A DNA stretch of 64,000 nt, from the NCBI GenBank assembly GCA_044222475.1, contig JBGANF010000012.1, positions 39,309 to 103,308 of the forward strand, given 5' to 3'. Both the position numbers and the translations under genes were made by a program. The stretch is from Polyangiaceae bacterium (GTDB lineage: Bacteria > Myxococcota_A > Polyangia > Polyangiales > Polyangiaceae). A model generated the notes under the pieces. That model saw nothing but the letters and a program-made list of their open reading frames with translations. It searched no databases and was not told the origin of the DNA. Shown one piece after another: positions 10,402 to 20,986 of this stretch (within the stretch, counting starts at the first letter, position 1; each line of letters opens with the position of its first letter).

Positions 10402-11616
10402 GTGCTTCCGCCGTTCACCCATGAACCGCGCAGGATCTGCGCGACGTGCCGCCGGCCCGAAAGCGTCTGCTACTGCCGCTTCGTCACCCGAATCGACACG
10501 GCCACGCGGGTCGTGATCCTGCAGCACCCGCGCGAGCGGGACGTTCCGATCAACACCGCGCGCATCGCCTCGTTGTGCCTGCCCGAGGCCGAGGTCCACG
10601 TGGGAGTGAGCTTCACCGACGACGCGTTCCTCCGGAAGAGCGAGCGGCCGGTCGCGCTGCTCTGGCCCGATGCCGACGCGATCGACGTCGAGCTCGCGCC
10701 GCCGACCGCGCCGATCACCCTCGTGGTCGTCGACGGGACGTGGTCCCAGGCGAAGAAGGTGGTTCGCACGAGCCCCGTGCTTCGCTCGCTCCCGCGGTAC
10801 GCGTTCCGTCCCGACGCGCCGAGCGACTATCGGATCCGCCGCGAGCCTCGCGACGACTACGTGTCGACGATCGAGGCGCTGGTGCACGTCCTCGGCGTGC
10901 TCGAGCGCGATCGCGAGCGCTTCCTCCCGATGCTCGCGCCCTTCCGCGCGATGGTCGACGCCCAGATCGAGTTCGCGCGTCGCCGCGTCGGCCCGCGCCG
11001 CGCGCTCCTGCGCAAGCGCGTGCGAACCGCGCGCGACGACGCAGCGCTCCCCGAGCTGCTCCGCGCGCGCGAAGCGGACCTCGTGTGCGTGATCGGCGAG
11101 TCGAGCGCGTGGCCGTACGACGCCGCCGAGCGGTCGACGCTCCCCGACGAGCTCATCCAGTGGACGGCGTGCCGACCAGCGACGGGCGAGACGTTCGACA
11201 GCATCGTCGCGCCGCTGCGCCCGCTCGCGCCGAAGGCCCCGTTCCACACCGAGATCGACGAGGCGACCATCACGTCGGGCATCTCGCGCGGCGAGCTCAT
11301 GGACCGTTGGGCGCGATTCCTGCGACCGTCCGACGTCCTCTGCACCTGGGGTCACTACGCCGCGTCGCTCTTCGACGCGGCTGGCGGCGAGCTCCCCGCG
11401 TCGCGCGTCGACCTGCGGGTGGCGGCTCGAACCCACTCGAAAGCGCGTGTCGGCACGATGGAGGACTACCGAAAGCGCCTCGGGCTCCCGGCCGCGGAGC
11501 CCCTCGCCCGTGGACGCGCGGGCCGCAGGCTCGCCGACTTGTGCGCGATCGCGCTGACGCTCAGCGCGGGGGCGCGAGGGAGTTCGGGAGGATCGCCGCC
11601 ATCTGCTCGCGAGTGA
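10402..11616 (+). CDS. DTW-domain tRNA-uridine aminocarboxypropyltransferase (TapT-like) with a C-terminal exonuclease-like domain
   Basis: CxxC..CYC, ILQHPRE, DGTWSQA, YRIRREP, STIEA. Confidence 0.85.
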   Translation: MLPPFTHEPRRICATCRRPESVCYCRFVTRIDTATRVVILQHPRERDVPINTARIASLCLPEAEVHVGVSFTDDAFLRKSERPVALLWPDADAIDVELAPPTAPITLVVVDGTWSQAKKVVRTSPVLRSLPRYAFRPDAPSDYRIRREPRDDYVSTIEALVHVLGVLERDRERFLPMLAPFRAMVDAQIEFARRRVGPRRALLRKRVRTARDDAALPELLRAREADLVCVIGESSAWPYDAAERSTLPDELIQWTACRPATGETFDSIVAPLRPLAPKAPFHTEIDEATITSGISRGELMDRWARFLRPSDVLCTWGHYAASLFDAAGGELPASRVDLRVAARTHSKARVGTMEDYRKRLGLPAAEPLARGRAGRRLADLCAIALTLSAGARGSSGGSPPSARE

Positions 11617-12082
11617 TCGTGCCGTACTCGTCGACTGCGTAGTCGTCCTTCTCGATCTCGAACGTGCGCGTGCCGGTGACGTCGGCCTTGCCGACGAAGC
11701 GGTAGGCGATCGTCGGGGCGGCGACCGCTTCCTGGATCAGCTGGAAGCCCAGCGTGATCGGGACGAGCACGGGCACGCGGAGCTGCGTCGTCTTGTCCGA
11801 GTTCATCCAGAGCCCGCCCTCGGGCGCCTTGAAGTCGACGTCGATCGGGTACTTGCCGGCCATGATCGTCTGGCCGCGCACCGCACGGACCGCCACGTCG
11901 TACGAGTTCGGGTTGTACACGTCCATCACGATGGTCATCTGCACCGCCGGTGGGTTCCCGAGGACGACGCCGGTGATCTCGGCGTGGTTGAGCTTCATCG
12001 TCGGCTTGGAGACGCAGCCGGTGGCGAAGGTCAGAGCGAAGGCGATGACGAAGGACAGGGCGATACGGGGCAGCGTGATCAC
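11561..12082 (-). CDS. LEA type 2 family lipoprotein
   Basis: ATGC lipobox, VYNPNSYDV motif. Confidence 0.8.
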   Translation of the reverse strand: MITLPRIALSFVIAFALTFATGCVSKPTMKLNHAEITGVVLGNPPAVQMTIVMDVYNPNSYDVAVRAVRGQTIMAGKYPIDVDFKAPEGGLWMNSDKTTQLRVPVLVPITLGFQLIQEAVAAPTIAYRFVGKADVTGTRTFEIEKDDYAVDEYGTITREQMAAILPNSLAPPR

Positions 12083-12104
12083 GCCTTCACCATAGCGGCT
12101 TTTC

Positions 12105-13001
12105 TCAGCGGGGCGAAGGCAGCGAGCGACGCGCCTGGGCGAGCGCCGCGGCCGCGCGCGAGGCGACCTCGTTCACGCCGAGCAAGCGCTCGGCGACCTT
12201 GCGCACGGCGGCGTCACCGGGGTCGCGCATGAGGAGATCCTCGACGTGATCGATCGCGGCCGCCGGGTTCGCGGCGTCCCCCATGTAGAGGTCGATCAGG
12301 CGAGCGCGTTGCTCGACGACGATCGGCGACGGGAGGCTCGGATCGAGGAGCGCCGCCTCGATGAGCCACGCGGCGAGCGCGGGACGCTGCGTCGCGCGGC
12401 AGTGACCTTCGAGCGCGTTGAGCAAGCGCGGGACCGCCGGGACGAGCTCGACGAGCTTCTTGCAGGCGTCGTCCGCGAGCGGCTGCTTCGCCGGGAGGAG
12501 GAGCAGGCGGTTCATCGCCTTCACCGCGAGCGTCGCCGGGGCGATGGGCGGCGCGGAGGCGGCGCTCGCGTAGAGCTCGAGCGCGCGCCGCGGATCCGGA
12601 GCGGCCTCGACCCGGGGCTCGAGGCGCGCGTACGCGATGGGGTGACCGGGCACGCTCTGCGCGACCTTCTCGAGGTAGCTCTCGCACGTTGCGGCGTCAC
12701 CGAGGACGCCTTGAAAGTAATCGGCTATGTGCAGGTAGAACTCGGCGCGGGCCTTGGGCTCGACGCGGTTCATGCGCTGGCTCCCCGCGATCTTCGTGTA
12801 CGCGGCCCCGAGCGCCTGTTCGGCGCCGTCGCGCGCGGCCGCGGCGTGGAGCTGCTCCCAGAGCTCCGTCTGCGATTCCCCCGCCTCGAGCTCGAGGAGG
12901 AGCGCCTCGATCGCCGCGGGTGGCTGGTCGAGCTTCGTCTCGAGCGTCGTCTTCAGTCGCGCGAGTCGTTGTGCGCGCGCCTTGTCCGCAGTGTCCGACA
13001 T
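12105..13001 (-). CDS. Helical (TPR-like) hypothetical protein
   Basis: Helical repeats, e.g. AAIDHVEDLLMRDPGD. Confidence 0.7.
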   Translation of the reverse strand: MSDTADKARAQRLARLKTTLETKLDQPPAAIEALLLELEAGESQTELWEQLHAAAARDGAEQALGAAYTKIAGSQRMNRVEPKARAEFYLHIADYFQGVLGDAATCESYLEKVAQSVPGHPIAYARLEPRVEAAPDPRRALELYASAASAPPIAPATLAVKAMNRLLLLPAKQPLADDACKKLVELVPAVPRLLNALEGHCRATQRPALAAWLIEAALLDPSLPSPIVVEQRARLIDLYMGDAANPAAAIDHVEDLLMRDPGDAAVRKVAERLLGVNEVASRAAAALAQARRSLPSPR

Positions 13002-13104
13002 GACGGCGCCATCCTATAGCGAGTCCTGCGATTGGGGAAACGCGGTAGAGTTCCGGCGCGTGGACGTCCGTCTAGGCGCAGAGCTCGGGGCCCTCTGGGA
13101 GACG

Positions 13105-15012
13105 ATGGAGCGCGAGTCGGTCCTCGACGCCGGCGCACGAACCGCGCCCGTTTCGCCGGTGTTGGCGGCCCTCGCCGAGGCGCACCACGCCGAGATGGAC
13201 CACCGGCCGGACGACGCCGCGCGCGCTCTCGAACGGGTCGAGGCCACCGACGGCGCCATCGGGCGCTTGGCTGCCCTCCTCGCGCTTCGCATCGCCGTGC
13301 GACGGGGGGACGGCCCCTCGGTCGAGCGCGCCGTCGCCGAGGCCGAGGCAATCGCCGGCGCCGCGACCGGCGACGAGACTCCGACGCGCCTGCGAGCTCT
13401 GCACCTCGTCGCCGTCGCATCCATCCGCCTCGGCAAGCTCGAGGACGCGGAGCGTGCGCTCGGTCGCGTGCTGGAGCACCCGCTCCCCTCCCCGCTTCGT
13501 TTTTGGATCATCGACTCCTTCGCTCAGGTCCTCTCCGGTCAGGGCGCGTGGGTCGAAGCGACGCGAACCATGGAAGCCCTGCTGCGCCTACGCCGCGACG
13601 CGGGCGACGTCGTCGGCCACGCGATCACCGCCGGAAACCTCGCGCGGATCGCCTGGGAGACCGGCGATCTCGAGGGCTGCATGGCGGCGGCGACCGGCGC
13701 GCTGGACGTGCTCGGCGGAAGCGGGAGCCCGATGACACGCCTGCGTCTGCAGACGTTCGTGACGATGGCCAGCGCTCGTCCGGAGGTCCCCGCTTCGCTG
13801 CGCCGAAAGGCGATCGACGATCTTCGCGCTGCGTACGAGGCGAGCGCACCGTCGCAACACTACCTTCAAGCCTATGCCGCCCTCGCGCTCTCGCGCGCGG
13901 CCGCGGCCGACGGGGACGTCGCCGCCGCCGAGCGGTGGCTCGATCGCGCCCGCGCCGACGTCTCGTCGCCCGGGCAGAAGCTCCTGGTCCTGCATCACGA
14001 GGCGATGCTCCACCCCGAGCGCCTGCACGACCCGCGGTGGCGCGCGGATTTCGAGGCGCTCGTGGCCCTCGCCAACCTCGTCGGCGAAGGCGAGATGCGC
14101 ATTCGCATCGCGATCGCGGAGTCGTCCGAAGGCGACGCTCGCCGTGCGGCGCTGGACGCCGCGTACGAGCGCTCCGCCCATTCGAACCACCCGCTGTGGA
14201 CTCATTGGCTCGACGACCTGACCGCGCGGCTCGATCCCGCGCTTCACGGAGAACGCCTCGCGCGGCGTTTCTCCGGGTGGGGTCGGGAGGAGCTGAGGAA
14301 GACCCGCCGCGAGGACGTGACGATCGTCTTCTCCGACCTGGTGAGCTTCACCGCGCGAACCCTCGAGCTCGATCCGGAGGCGGTGATGGACACCGTTCGC
14401 GGGCTCTTCGAGATCGCGGTCCCGGTGATGACCCGCCACGGCGTGAGCCCGATCACGTACATGGGTGACGGCCTGCTCGCGGTCGCTCGGGGCGAGCGTC
14501 ACGAAGAGCGGGGTCTCTCGTTTGCTCGTGAGCTCGTCGAGAGAACCGATCGCATCTCCAGGCTGCGGAGCAACCTCGGCGATCCGTGGCCTCTCGATCT
14601 GCGCGCCGGCGTCGCGTCGGGGCCGGTCGTCCTGGGCACGCTCGGTAGCTTCCTCAAGCTGGACTTCGCTGCGATCGGCGTGACGACGAACCTCGCGGCG
14701 CGCCTCCAGAGCGCGGCCGCTCCACGAGAGCTCGTCTGCGACGAAAGGACGGCTCGGGCCGCCGGTCTCGATCTGCCGTTCGAGGAGGTTCGACTCAAGG
14801 GCTTCGAGCGCCACGGGCCGGTCCGCGTGTGCCGTCTCGTCCCATCGGCTCCTTCGAAATCTGGTGCGACACCGCAGTTCCCCGTACTCTTCGAACGCAA
14901 AGGAGGCCACATGGCCAAGGGAATCGAACGGGGGAAGAAAGACAACAAGCCGAAGCTGTCGACCAAAGAGAAGCAGAAGAAGAAGAAGGAGAAGAAGGCG
15001 GCGAAGGGGTGA
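13105..15012 (+). CDS. Class III adenylate/guanylate cyclase with N-terminal TPR-like region
   Basis: VTIVFSDLVSFT, YMGDG, RAGVASG, NLAARLQ, LKG; start uncertain. Confidence 0.85.
   Translation: MERESVLDAGARTAPVSPVLAALAEAHHAEMDHRPDDAARALERVEATDGAIGRLAALLALRIAVRRGDGPSVERAVAEAEAIAGAATGDETPTRLRALHLVAVASIRLGKLEDAERALGRVLEHPLPSPLRFWIIDSFAQVLSGQGAWVEATRTMEALLRLRRDAGDVVGHAITAGNLARIAWETGDLEGCMAAATGALDVLGGSGSPMTRLRLQTFVTMASARPEVPASLRRKAIDDLRAAYEASAPSQHYLQAYAALALSRAAAADGDVAAAERWLDRARADVSSPGQKLLVLHHEAMLHPERLHDPRWRADFEALVALANLVGEGEMRIRIAIAESSEGDARRAALDAAYERSAHSNHPLWTHWLDDLTARLDPALHGERLARRFSGWGREELRKTRREDVTIVFSDLVSFTARTLELDPEAVMDTVRGLFEIAVPVMTRHGVSPITYMGDGLLAVARGERHEERGLSFARELVERTDRISRLRSNLGDPWPLDLRAGVASGPVVLGTLGSFLKLDFAAIGVTTNLAARLQSAAAPRELVCDERTARAAGLDLPFEEVRLKGFERHGPVRVCRLVPSAPSKSGATPQFPVLFERKGGHMAKGIERGKKDNKPKLSTKEKQKKKKEKKAAKG
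14911..15012 (+). CDS. 33-aa Lys-rich small protein with its own RBS, in frame with the cyclase 3' end
   Basis: AAGGAGG at 14900-14906 before ATG 14911; MAKGIERGKKDNKPKLSTKEKQKKKKEKKAAKG. Confidence 0.7.
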   Translation: MAKGIERGKKDNKPKLSTKEKQKKKKEKKAAKG

Positions 15013-15085
15013 GAGCCTTCGCGATCGGCCCCGGCGAGCCGCTCCACCTCGTGTGGACGGGCCAGCGCCGGGGCCGTTTCGCATT

Positions 15086-16630
15086 TCACGCCATCGACGT
15101 CGTGACCGGCGCGAGCTGGGTGCGCTGGCGCGGAAGGTAGCGCCCGCCCTCGAGCTCCACGAGGAGCCGGTTCAGCTTCTCCCGGACGAGACAGCGAAGC
15201 TCCCAGAGATCGTCGGGATCCTTCGCCGAGACGAAGGCGCGGAGAGCGATCGACGCGTCGTCCGCATCGACCACGCGGACGGTAGCGACGCGCTTGTCCC
15301 AAAATGGGCTCTCTTCGCAGACCCGAACGAGCTCTTCGCGGAAGCGCTCGATCGGCACCGCGAAGTCGGCGCGGAGCACGACTGCGCCCTTCATGTCGGT
15401 CCCGAGGCGGGTCCAGTTCTCGAACGACTGCTCGAGGAACCGCGAGAGCGGCGCGACGAGCCGCCGATCGTCACCGAGGCGAACGACGAGGTACGTGAGG
15501 TGGATCTCCTCGACGATGCCCTGCTGCCCTTCGATCACCACGGTGTCGCCGAGGCGGAGCGGCTGCGCGATCGAGACTTGGATCCCGGCGATCAGCGCGC
15601 CGATCGATTTCTGCGCGGCAAGACCGAGGACGACACCCGCGATGCCGGCCGACGCGAGGAGACTCGTTCCGACGCTGCGCACGACCTCGAACTGGAGGAG
15701 CGCGGTCGCGATCGCGACGATGCCGATCCCGATCGACACGATCCGACGCAGCATCGAGAGCTGCGTTCGGAGCGCGCGAGCCTCGAGCGCGTCCCCGGTC
15801 GCGTCGCGATCGCCGAGCCACGTGGTCGCTACGGCGAGCACTCGAATCGAGAGCCACGCGATTGCGTAGATGAGGACCAGCGTCGTCGCTCCGGCGACGA
15901 CGGAGCTCGCGGCGAGGGTGAGCGCGAGCAGCGGCGAGAGGAGCCGAAACGCGAGGACGCCGAAGAAGAGCGTCGCCGGCGAGCGCCCTGCGGCGATGAC
16001 CAAGTCGATCTCCTTCTTTCGCTTGCGAAGGAGGACGCGCTTCACGAGGAGTCGCGCGATGCCGACGAAGATACGGCCGACGAGCACCGCGCCGGCGACC
16101 GCCAGCACGATCCCGATCCACTGCCACGGTGCGAGACCGAAGACGTACGGGCTGCGGAGCGCGCGCGGCACTCGGTCTTCCATGCGGTTCGGCCCATACG
16201 CGCGGGTGAGCTCCGGGATCGCCGAGACGGTCGACTTTGCGAAGACCCAATGGCTCGACCCGTCGGGCAAGCGCACGCGCGCAAGCTCGATCGGTACGGT
16301 GTCCTCCTCGACGACGAGCGCTGCGACGGAGATCGTGTCGCGCGCGTCCCCCGGATCGTCCGTGAGCGCGGTCTCGTCGAGCGTGACGTGGTGCTCGAGG
16401 ACGTAGGCGAGACTGCGCGCGAGCTCCGGTCCGTCGGTCGTTCGCTTGGCGAACGGGATCGAGCGAAGGTCGAGGTACTTCGCCGCGCGGTCGAAGTCTC
16501 CATCGCGTGCGGCGGCGGTGAACCCCGAGTAGGCACGCCGTGGAGTCGTGCGATCGAGCTCGTCGGCGTGCGCTGCGACGGAGAAGAGGAAGACCGTCAA
16601 CGTGAGGAGGAGCATCTGAAGCGGGCGCAT
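15086..16630 (-). CDS. MscS-family mechanosensitive channel with periplasmic N-terminal domain
   Basis: TTPRRAYSGF, LLASAGIAGVVLGLAAQ, QPLRLGD..GIVEEI, FENWT. Confidence 0.9.
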   Translation of the reverse strand: MRPLQMLLLTLTVFLFSVAAHADELDRTTPRRAYSGFTAAARDGDFDRAAKYLDLRSIPFAKRTTDGPELARSLAYVLEHHVTLDETALTDDPGDARDTISVAALVVEEDTVPIELARVRLPDGSSHWVFAKSTVSAIPELTRAYGPNRMEDRVPRALRSPYVFGLAPWQWIGIVLAVAGAVLVGRIFVGIARLLVKRVLLRKRKKEIDLVIAAGRSPATLFFGVLAFRLLSPLLALTLAASSVVAGATTLVLIYAIAWLSIRVLAVATTWLGDRDATGDALEARALRTQLSMLRRIVSIGIGIVAIATALLQFEVVRSVGTSLLASAGIAGVVLGLAAQKSIGALIAGIQVSIAQPLRLGDTVVIEGQQGIVEEIHLTYLVVRLGDDRRLVAPLSRFLEQSFENWTRLGTDMKGAVVLRADFAVPIERFREELVRVCEESPFWDKRVATVRVVDADDASIALRAFVSAKDPDDLWELRCLVREKLNRLLVELEGGRYLPRQRTQLAPVTTSMA

Positions 16631-16647
16631 GGCCCGGAACGTACCAC

Positions 16648-17328
16648 TCACTCGGTGACACGGACGACGTCGACCGCGTGGCTGCGAAGCTCCCCGTCGC
16701 GGAAGACGTCGGTGTCTTCGCCGACGTAGCCCGCGCCGTCGCAGTAGTGGAATCGGCGGCGCACCACCGCGCCGACCACGAGCGCCGTCTCGCACGCCAC
16801 CGTGAGACCGGCGGCGCAACGCTCGGGCGCGACCACGGTGCAGCGACGCGAGCTCGCGACTGGCGTCTGACCGAGGCTGTGCGATTCGCCCCAGGTCTGA
16901 CCGATCACGGGTTGCGAACGCAGGATGTACTCCGGCGGGACGTAGGTCGCGAACTCCCCCGTGTCGGGGTCCTTGCCGCCGTAGAAGCCGACCCCCTCGC
17001 GTCCGTAGAACATGTCCCAGACCTCGGGGCCGTTCGGACGCCCGATGCTGGTGATGCGAAAGACGTGGAAGCCGCCCTTCTCGCCGAGCGGGACCCAGGT
17101 CTCGTCGAGCTCGATCGCCTTCGACGAGCCATCCGGGAACGTGCGCGTCTCGGTGACGTGGACGTGCGGATGGAACGGGAAGCGCTCGACGACGCCGAGC
17201 ACGGGACCGGCGTCGACCGGGGCGGGACCCTGCGCGGTCTCCACCGGCATCGGCAGCGCGACGGCGCTGGGGAGCGGCTCGTCGTGCGCGCACGCGACCA
17301 GGAGCGCGAGAAAGACGCGAGCCCTCAA
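16648..17328 (-). CDS. Putative lipoprotein
   Basis: LLVAC lipobox; TTG start overlapping the upstream stop. Confidence 0.6.
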   Translation of the reverse strand: MRARVFLALLVACAHDEPLPSAVALPMPVETAQGPAPVDAGPVLGVVERFPFHPHVHVTETRTFPDGSSKAIELDETWVPLGEKGGFHVFRITSIGRPNGPEVWDMFYGREGVGFYGGKDPDTGEFATYVPPEYILRSQPVIGQTWGESHSLGQTPVASSRRCTVVAPERCAAGLTVACETALVVGAVVRRRFHYCDGAGYVGEDTDVFRDGELRSHAVDVVRVTE

Positions 17329-17741
17329 GACGAGCCGGGCGGGAGCGACGTCCCCATCCCCAGCGCACGCCGGATCTTCTTCTCGAGCTCGTCGATGTTC
17401 ACCGGCTTCGCGATGTAGTGCCGTGCGCCGACCTGGATCCCTTTGACCACGTCGAGCGGGCCGGTGCGCGCGGTGAGGAAGATGACCGGGATCTTCCGCT
17501 TCTCGCGGATGCGCGCGACCATCGTCGTCCCGTTCATGCCCGGCATGTCGACGTCGGCGACGATGAGGTCCGGCCCCGGGTTCTTCAGCGCCATCTCGAA
17601 GCCGTTGAAGCCGTCGTTCGCGCACTCGACCTCGAACTCGGGCGTGAGCAGGCTCGCGAGGGCCCGCGTCGCCGACACCTCGTCGTCGACGACGAGGATG
17701 CGCTTTTTTGCAACGCCCCGCGGCGGAGTCGCGATCGCCAT
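17325..17741 (-). CDS. Single-domain response regulator
   Basis: ILVVDDE, DLIVADVDMPGMNG, FLTA, YIAKP. Confidence 0.92.
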   Translation of the reverse strand: MAIATPPRGVAKKRILVVDDEVSATRALASLLTPEFEVECANDGFNGFEMALKNPGPDLIVADVDMPGMNGTTMVARIREKRKIPVIFLTARTGPLDVVKGIQVGARHYIAKPVNIDELEKKIRRALGMGTSLPPGSS

Positions 17742-17878
17742 GCGCGCTACCGTAGCAACCTGCGTGCCGCGCGCAATTCGCCGACTTCGCGTCGCATCGG
17801 CCCCAACACGCGCAGCGATTTCGCGTCGACGCGCACGAACCGGACGGCGGGTGGTCGCCTTCGGGTAAGCTCGCGGCC

Positions 17879-18427
17879 ATGCGCCCCGCTGCGGCCGTCG
17901 GTCTCGTGCTCGTCGTTGCCTGCACCAAGCCCACCGAGGGTACGGTCAGTGCGACGAGCCCCACCTCGGCCCCGACGTCCTCGAGCAGCGCGACCGGCCC
18001 GCTCGGCCCAGCGGTCTTTCACCCGATCACGTGTCCCCCGCCCCCGGCACGCCCGCCTCGTCCCGCCACTCGAGGCTGCGAATCGTGCGCCGACGGCGAG
18101 TTCTGTCAGCCGTTCGAGGACCACGGTCGTACGTTCGGTACGTGCATGAAGAGCGCGTGCAACGGCGACGCCGATTGCCGCGGCGCCCTGTGCGTGTGTG
18201 GTCCACCGAACCGATGCTTCCCCGGCAACTGCCGTTCGAGCGCCGACTGCGGAGGCCGCGAGTGCGCCCCCGACCGCTGGCGCTACGGGCACGGACAGGG
18301 CGTCTACTGCCGCACCGACCGAGATACATGCAAACTACACGAAGATTGCAGCCCCGACCAGGAGTGTGCGTACCTCGCAGACCACTGGGGATGCCGACCG
18401 ACGACCCCGGCGCCGCCCCCCGGCTGA
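17879..18427 (+). CDS. Cys-rich lipoprotein
   Basis: VVAC lipobox; repeated C-x3-DC modules. Confidence 0.75.
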   Translation: MRPAAAVGLVLVVACTKPTEGTVSATSPTSAPTSSSSATGPLGPAVFHPITCPPPPARPPRPATRGCESCADGEFCQPFEDHGRTFGTCMKSACNGDADCRGALCVCGPPNRCFPGNCRSSADCGGRECAPDRWRYGHGQGVYCRTDRDTCKLHEDCSPDQECAYLADHWGCRPTTPAPPPG

Positions 18428-18428
18428 G

Positions 18429-20939
18429 ATGACGCTCCTCGATCACCTGCCGCCCGACGGCTCGGACGACGACGCGATCCTCTCGGCGTTCCTCGCTTGG
18501 GTCGAGGAGTCGGGGCTCACGCTCTACCCTGCGCAGGAGGAGGCGATCCTCGAGCTCGCGGCCGGCAAGAACCTCATCCTCGCGACCCCGACCGGGTCGG
18601 GGAAATCCCTCGTCGCCGAGGCGGTCCATTTCACGAGCCTCGCGCGGGGCGAGCGCTCGGTCTACACGTGCCCGATCAAGGCGCTCGCGAGCGAGAAGTT
18701 CTTCGCGCTGTCACGCGCGCTCGGCCCCGAGAACGTCGGGCTGATGACCGGCGACGCAACGGTGAACCGCGACGCACCCGTGCTCTGCTGCACGGCCGAG
18801 ATCCTCGCCAACATGGCGCTGCGCGAGGGCAAGAACGCCCGAGTAGATCACGTCGTCATGGACGAGTTCCACTACTACGCCGACCGCGATCGCGGTGTGG
18901 CTTGGCAGATCCCTCTGCTCGAGCTCACGCGAACGCGCTTCTTGTTGATGTCGGCGACGCTCGGCAACACGGAGCCGTTCGAAGAGGCGCTGACGAAGCT
19001 CAACGGGCGCCCGACCGCGGTGGTGCGCTCGATGCAGCGACCGGTACCGCTCGACTTCTCGTACCGCGAGTCGCCGCTCCACGAGACGGTGGCCGACCTC
19101 GTCAGCAAGGGGAAGACGCCGATCTACATCGTGTGCTTCACCCAACGCTCGTGCGCGGAAGAAGCCCAGAACCTGATGAGCGTCGACTTCTCGACGAAGG
19201 ACGAGAAGAAGGCGATCGCCGAATCGCTCTACGGCGTCCGCTTCGACAGCCCGTACGGCAAGGACTTCCAGCGATTCCTCCGCCACGGGATCGGGCTCCA
19301 CCACGCTGGGCTCCTCCCCAAATACCGCCTCGCGGTCGAGAAGCTCGCGCAGCGCGGGCGCCTGAAGATCATCTGCGGGACCGACACGCTCGGCGTCGGC
19401 GTGAACGTGCCCATCCGCACCGTCCTCTTCACCAAGCTCTGCAAGTTCGACGGCGAGAAGACCGCGATCCTGAGCGTGCGCGACTTCCTCCAGATCAGCG
19501 GGCGCGCCGGCCGCAAAGGCTTCGACGACGAGGGCAGCGTCGTCGCCCAGGCGCCCGAGCACGTGATCGAGAACCTTCGCCTCGAGGCGAAGGCCGGCAA
19601 CGACCCGGTGAAGAAGAAGCGCATCGTGAAGCGCAAGCCACCCGAGCGCGGCTACGTCCACTGGGACAAGTCCACGTTCGACCGCCTGTGCACCGCTCCG
19701 CCCGAGCCGCTGGTGTCCCGCTTCCAGGTGAGCCACGGCATGCTGATCAACGTGCTCCAACGCGAAGGCGGCGGCTGCCTTGCGCTCGGGCGGCTGATCA
19801 AGAAGTCGCACGAGCGCACCGTCGACAAGCGGCGCCACGGCAAGACGGCGCTCGCGATGTTCAAGTCGCTCGTCGACGCGGAGATCGTCCAGATCGAGCG
19901 CAGCGACGGCGAGCGTCGCGTCGTGCTCCACGGCGATCTCCAGCGCGACTTCTCGCTGAACCAGACGCTATCGCTCTACCTCCTCGACGCGATCGAGCAC
20001 CTCGACCGCGAGAGCCCCACCTACGCCCTCGATCTCCTGACGCTCGTCGAGTCGATCCTCGAGAGCCCGGAGCTCGTACTGCAGAAGCAGCTCGACAAGC
20101 TGAAGACCGAGAAGATGGCGGAGATGAAGGCCGCCGGCGTCGAGTACGAGGAGCGCATCGCGAAGCTCGACGAGCTCGAGCACCCCAAGCCGAACAAGGA
20201 CTTCATCTACGACACGTTCAACGCGTTCGCCGCCAAGCACCCGTGGGCGTCGGGCGACGCGATCCGGCCGAAGTCGATCGCCCGCGACATGGTCGAACGC
20301 TTCGCGAGCTTCTCCGAGTACGTGCGCGAGTACGACCTCGAGCGCGCGGAGGGGCTCCTCCTGCGGTACCTGTCCGACGTCTACAAGGTCCTCGTCCAGA
20401 CCGTCCCAGAAGGGGACAAGACGCCCGAGGTCGAGGAGCTCGTCGTGTTCTTCGGTGCGATCGTGCGCCAGGTCGACTCGAGCCTCCTCGACGAGTGGGA
20501 GCGCATGCGACTGGGCGAGCCCGACGAGGCTCCGCGCGAGGCGGCGGCCCCGAGCGAGCCGGAGGGCTCCAAGGACGTCACGCGTGATCCGAAGGCGTTC
20601 ACGGTCCTCGTCCGGAACGAGCTGTTCGGCTTGGTCCGAGCGATCGCGAGGCGCGATTGGGAGACGGCGGCGCCGATCGCGGGTGGCGACTTCACGGCGG
20701 CCACGTTGGAGGCGACGTTCGCTCCGTTCTTCGCCGAGCACGGAGGGCTGCGCACCGATCCGGAGGCGCGCAGCCCGAGCCACCTGAAGCTCGATCACGG
20801 GGAGTGGCAGTGGGAGTTCACGCAGACCCTCGTCGACACGAGCGATGCGAACGACTGGGCCATTCACGGGACGATCGACCTGGAGGGCTCGCGGCTCGCG
20901 GCGAAGCCGGTGCTGATGGTGAAGCGAATCGGGGTGTGA
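18429..20939 (+). CDS. DEAD/DEAH (Ski2-like) helicase, DUF3516-type
   Basis: [32 protein letters not shown]. Confidence 0.93.
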   Translation: MTLLDHLPPDGSDDDAILSAFLAWVEESGLTLYPAQEEAILELAAGKNLILATPTGSGKSLVAEAVHFTSLARGERSVYTCPIKALASEKFFALSRALGPENVGLMTGDATVNRDAPVLCCTAEILANMALREGKNARVDHVVMDEFHYYADRDRGVAWQIPLLELTRTRFLLMSATLGNTEPFEEALTKLNGRPTAVVRSMQRPVPLDFSYRESPLHETVADLVSKGKTPIYIVCFTQRSCAEEAQNLMSVDFSTKDEKKAIAESLYGVRFDSPYGKDFQRFLRHGIGLHHAGLLPKYRLAVEKLAQRGRLKIICGTDTLGVGVNVPIRTVLFTKLCKFDGEKTAILSVRDFLQISGRAGRKGFDDEGSVVAQAPEHVIENLRLEAKAGNDPVKKKRIVKRKPPERGYVHWDKSTFDRLCTAPPEPLVSRFQVSHGMLINVLQREGGGCLALGRLIKKSHERTVDKRRHGKTALAMFKSLVDAEIVQIERSDGERRVVLHGDLQRDFSLNQTLSLYLLDAIEHLDRESPTYALDLLTLVESILESPELVLQKQLDKLKTEKMAEMKAAGVEYEERIAKLDELEHPKPNKDFIYDTFNAFAAKHPWASGDAIRPKSIARDMVERFASFSEYVREYDLERAEGLLLRYLSDVYKVLVQTVPEGDKTPEVEELVVFFGAIVRQVDSSLLDEWERMRLGEPDEAPREAAAPSEPEGSKDVTRDPKAFTVLVRNELFGLVRAIARRDWETAAPIAGGDFTAATLEATFAPFFAEHGGLRTDPEARSPSHLKLDHGEWQWEFTQTLVDTSDANDWAIHGTIDLEGSRLAAKPVLMVKRIGV

Positions 20940-20952
20940 GCGTGCTGGGCTG

Positions 20953-20980
20953 CCCCGGACTGAAGTACTTCAGTCCGGGG
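20953..20980. repeat. 28-bp perfect palindrome, collapsed form of the 199-bp element ends
   Basis: CCCCGGACTGAAGT-ACTTCAGTCCGGGG between convergent genes. Confidence 0.9.
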
Positions 20981-20986
20981 TGCCAC

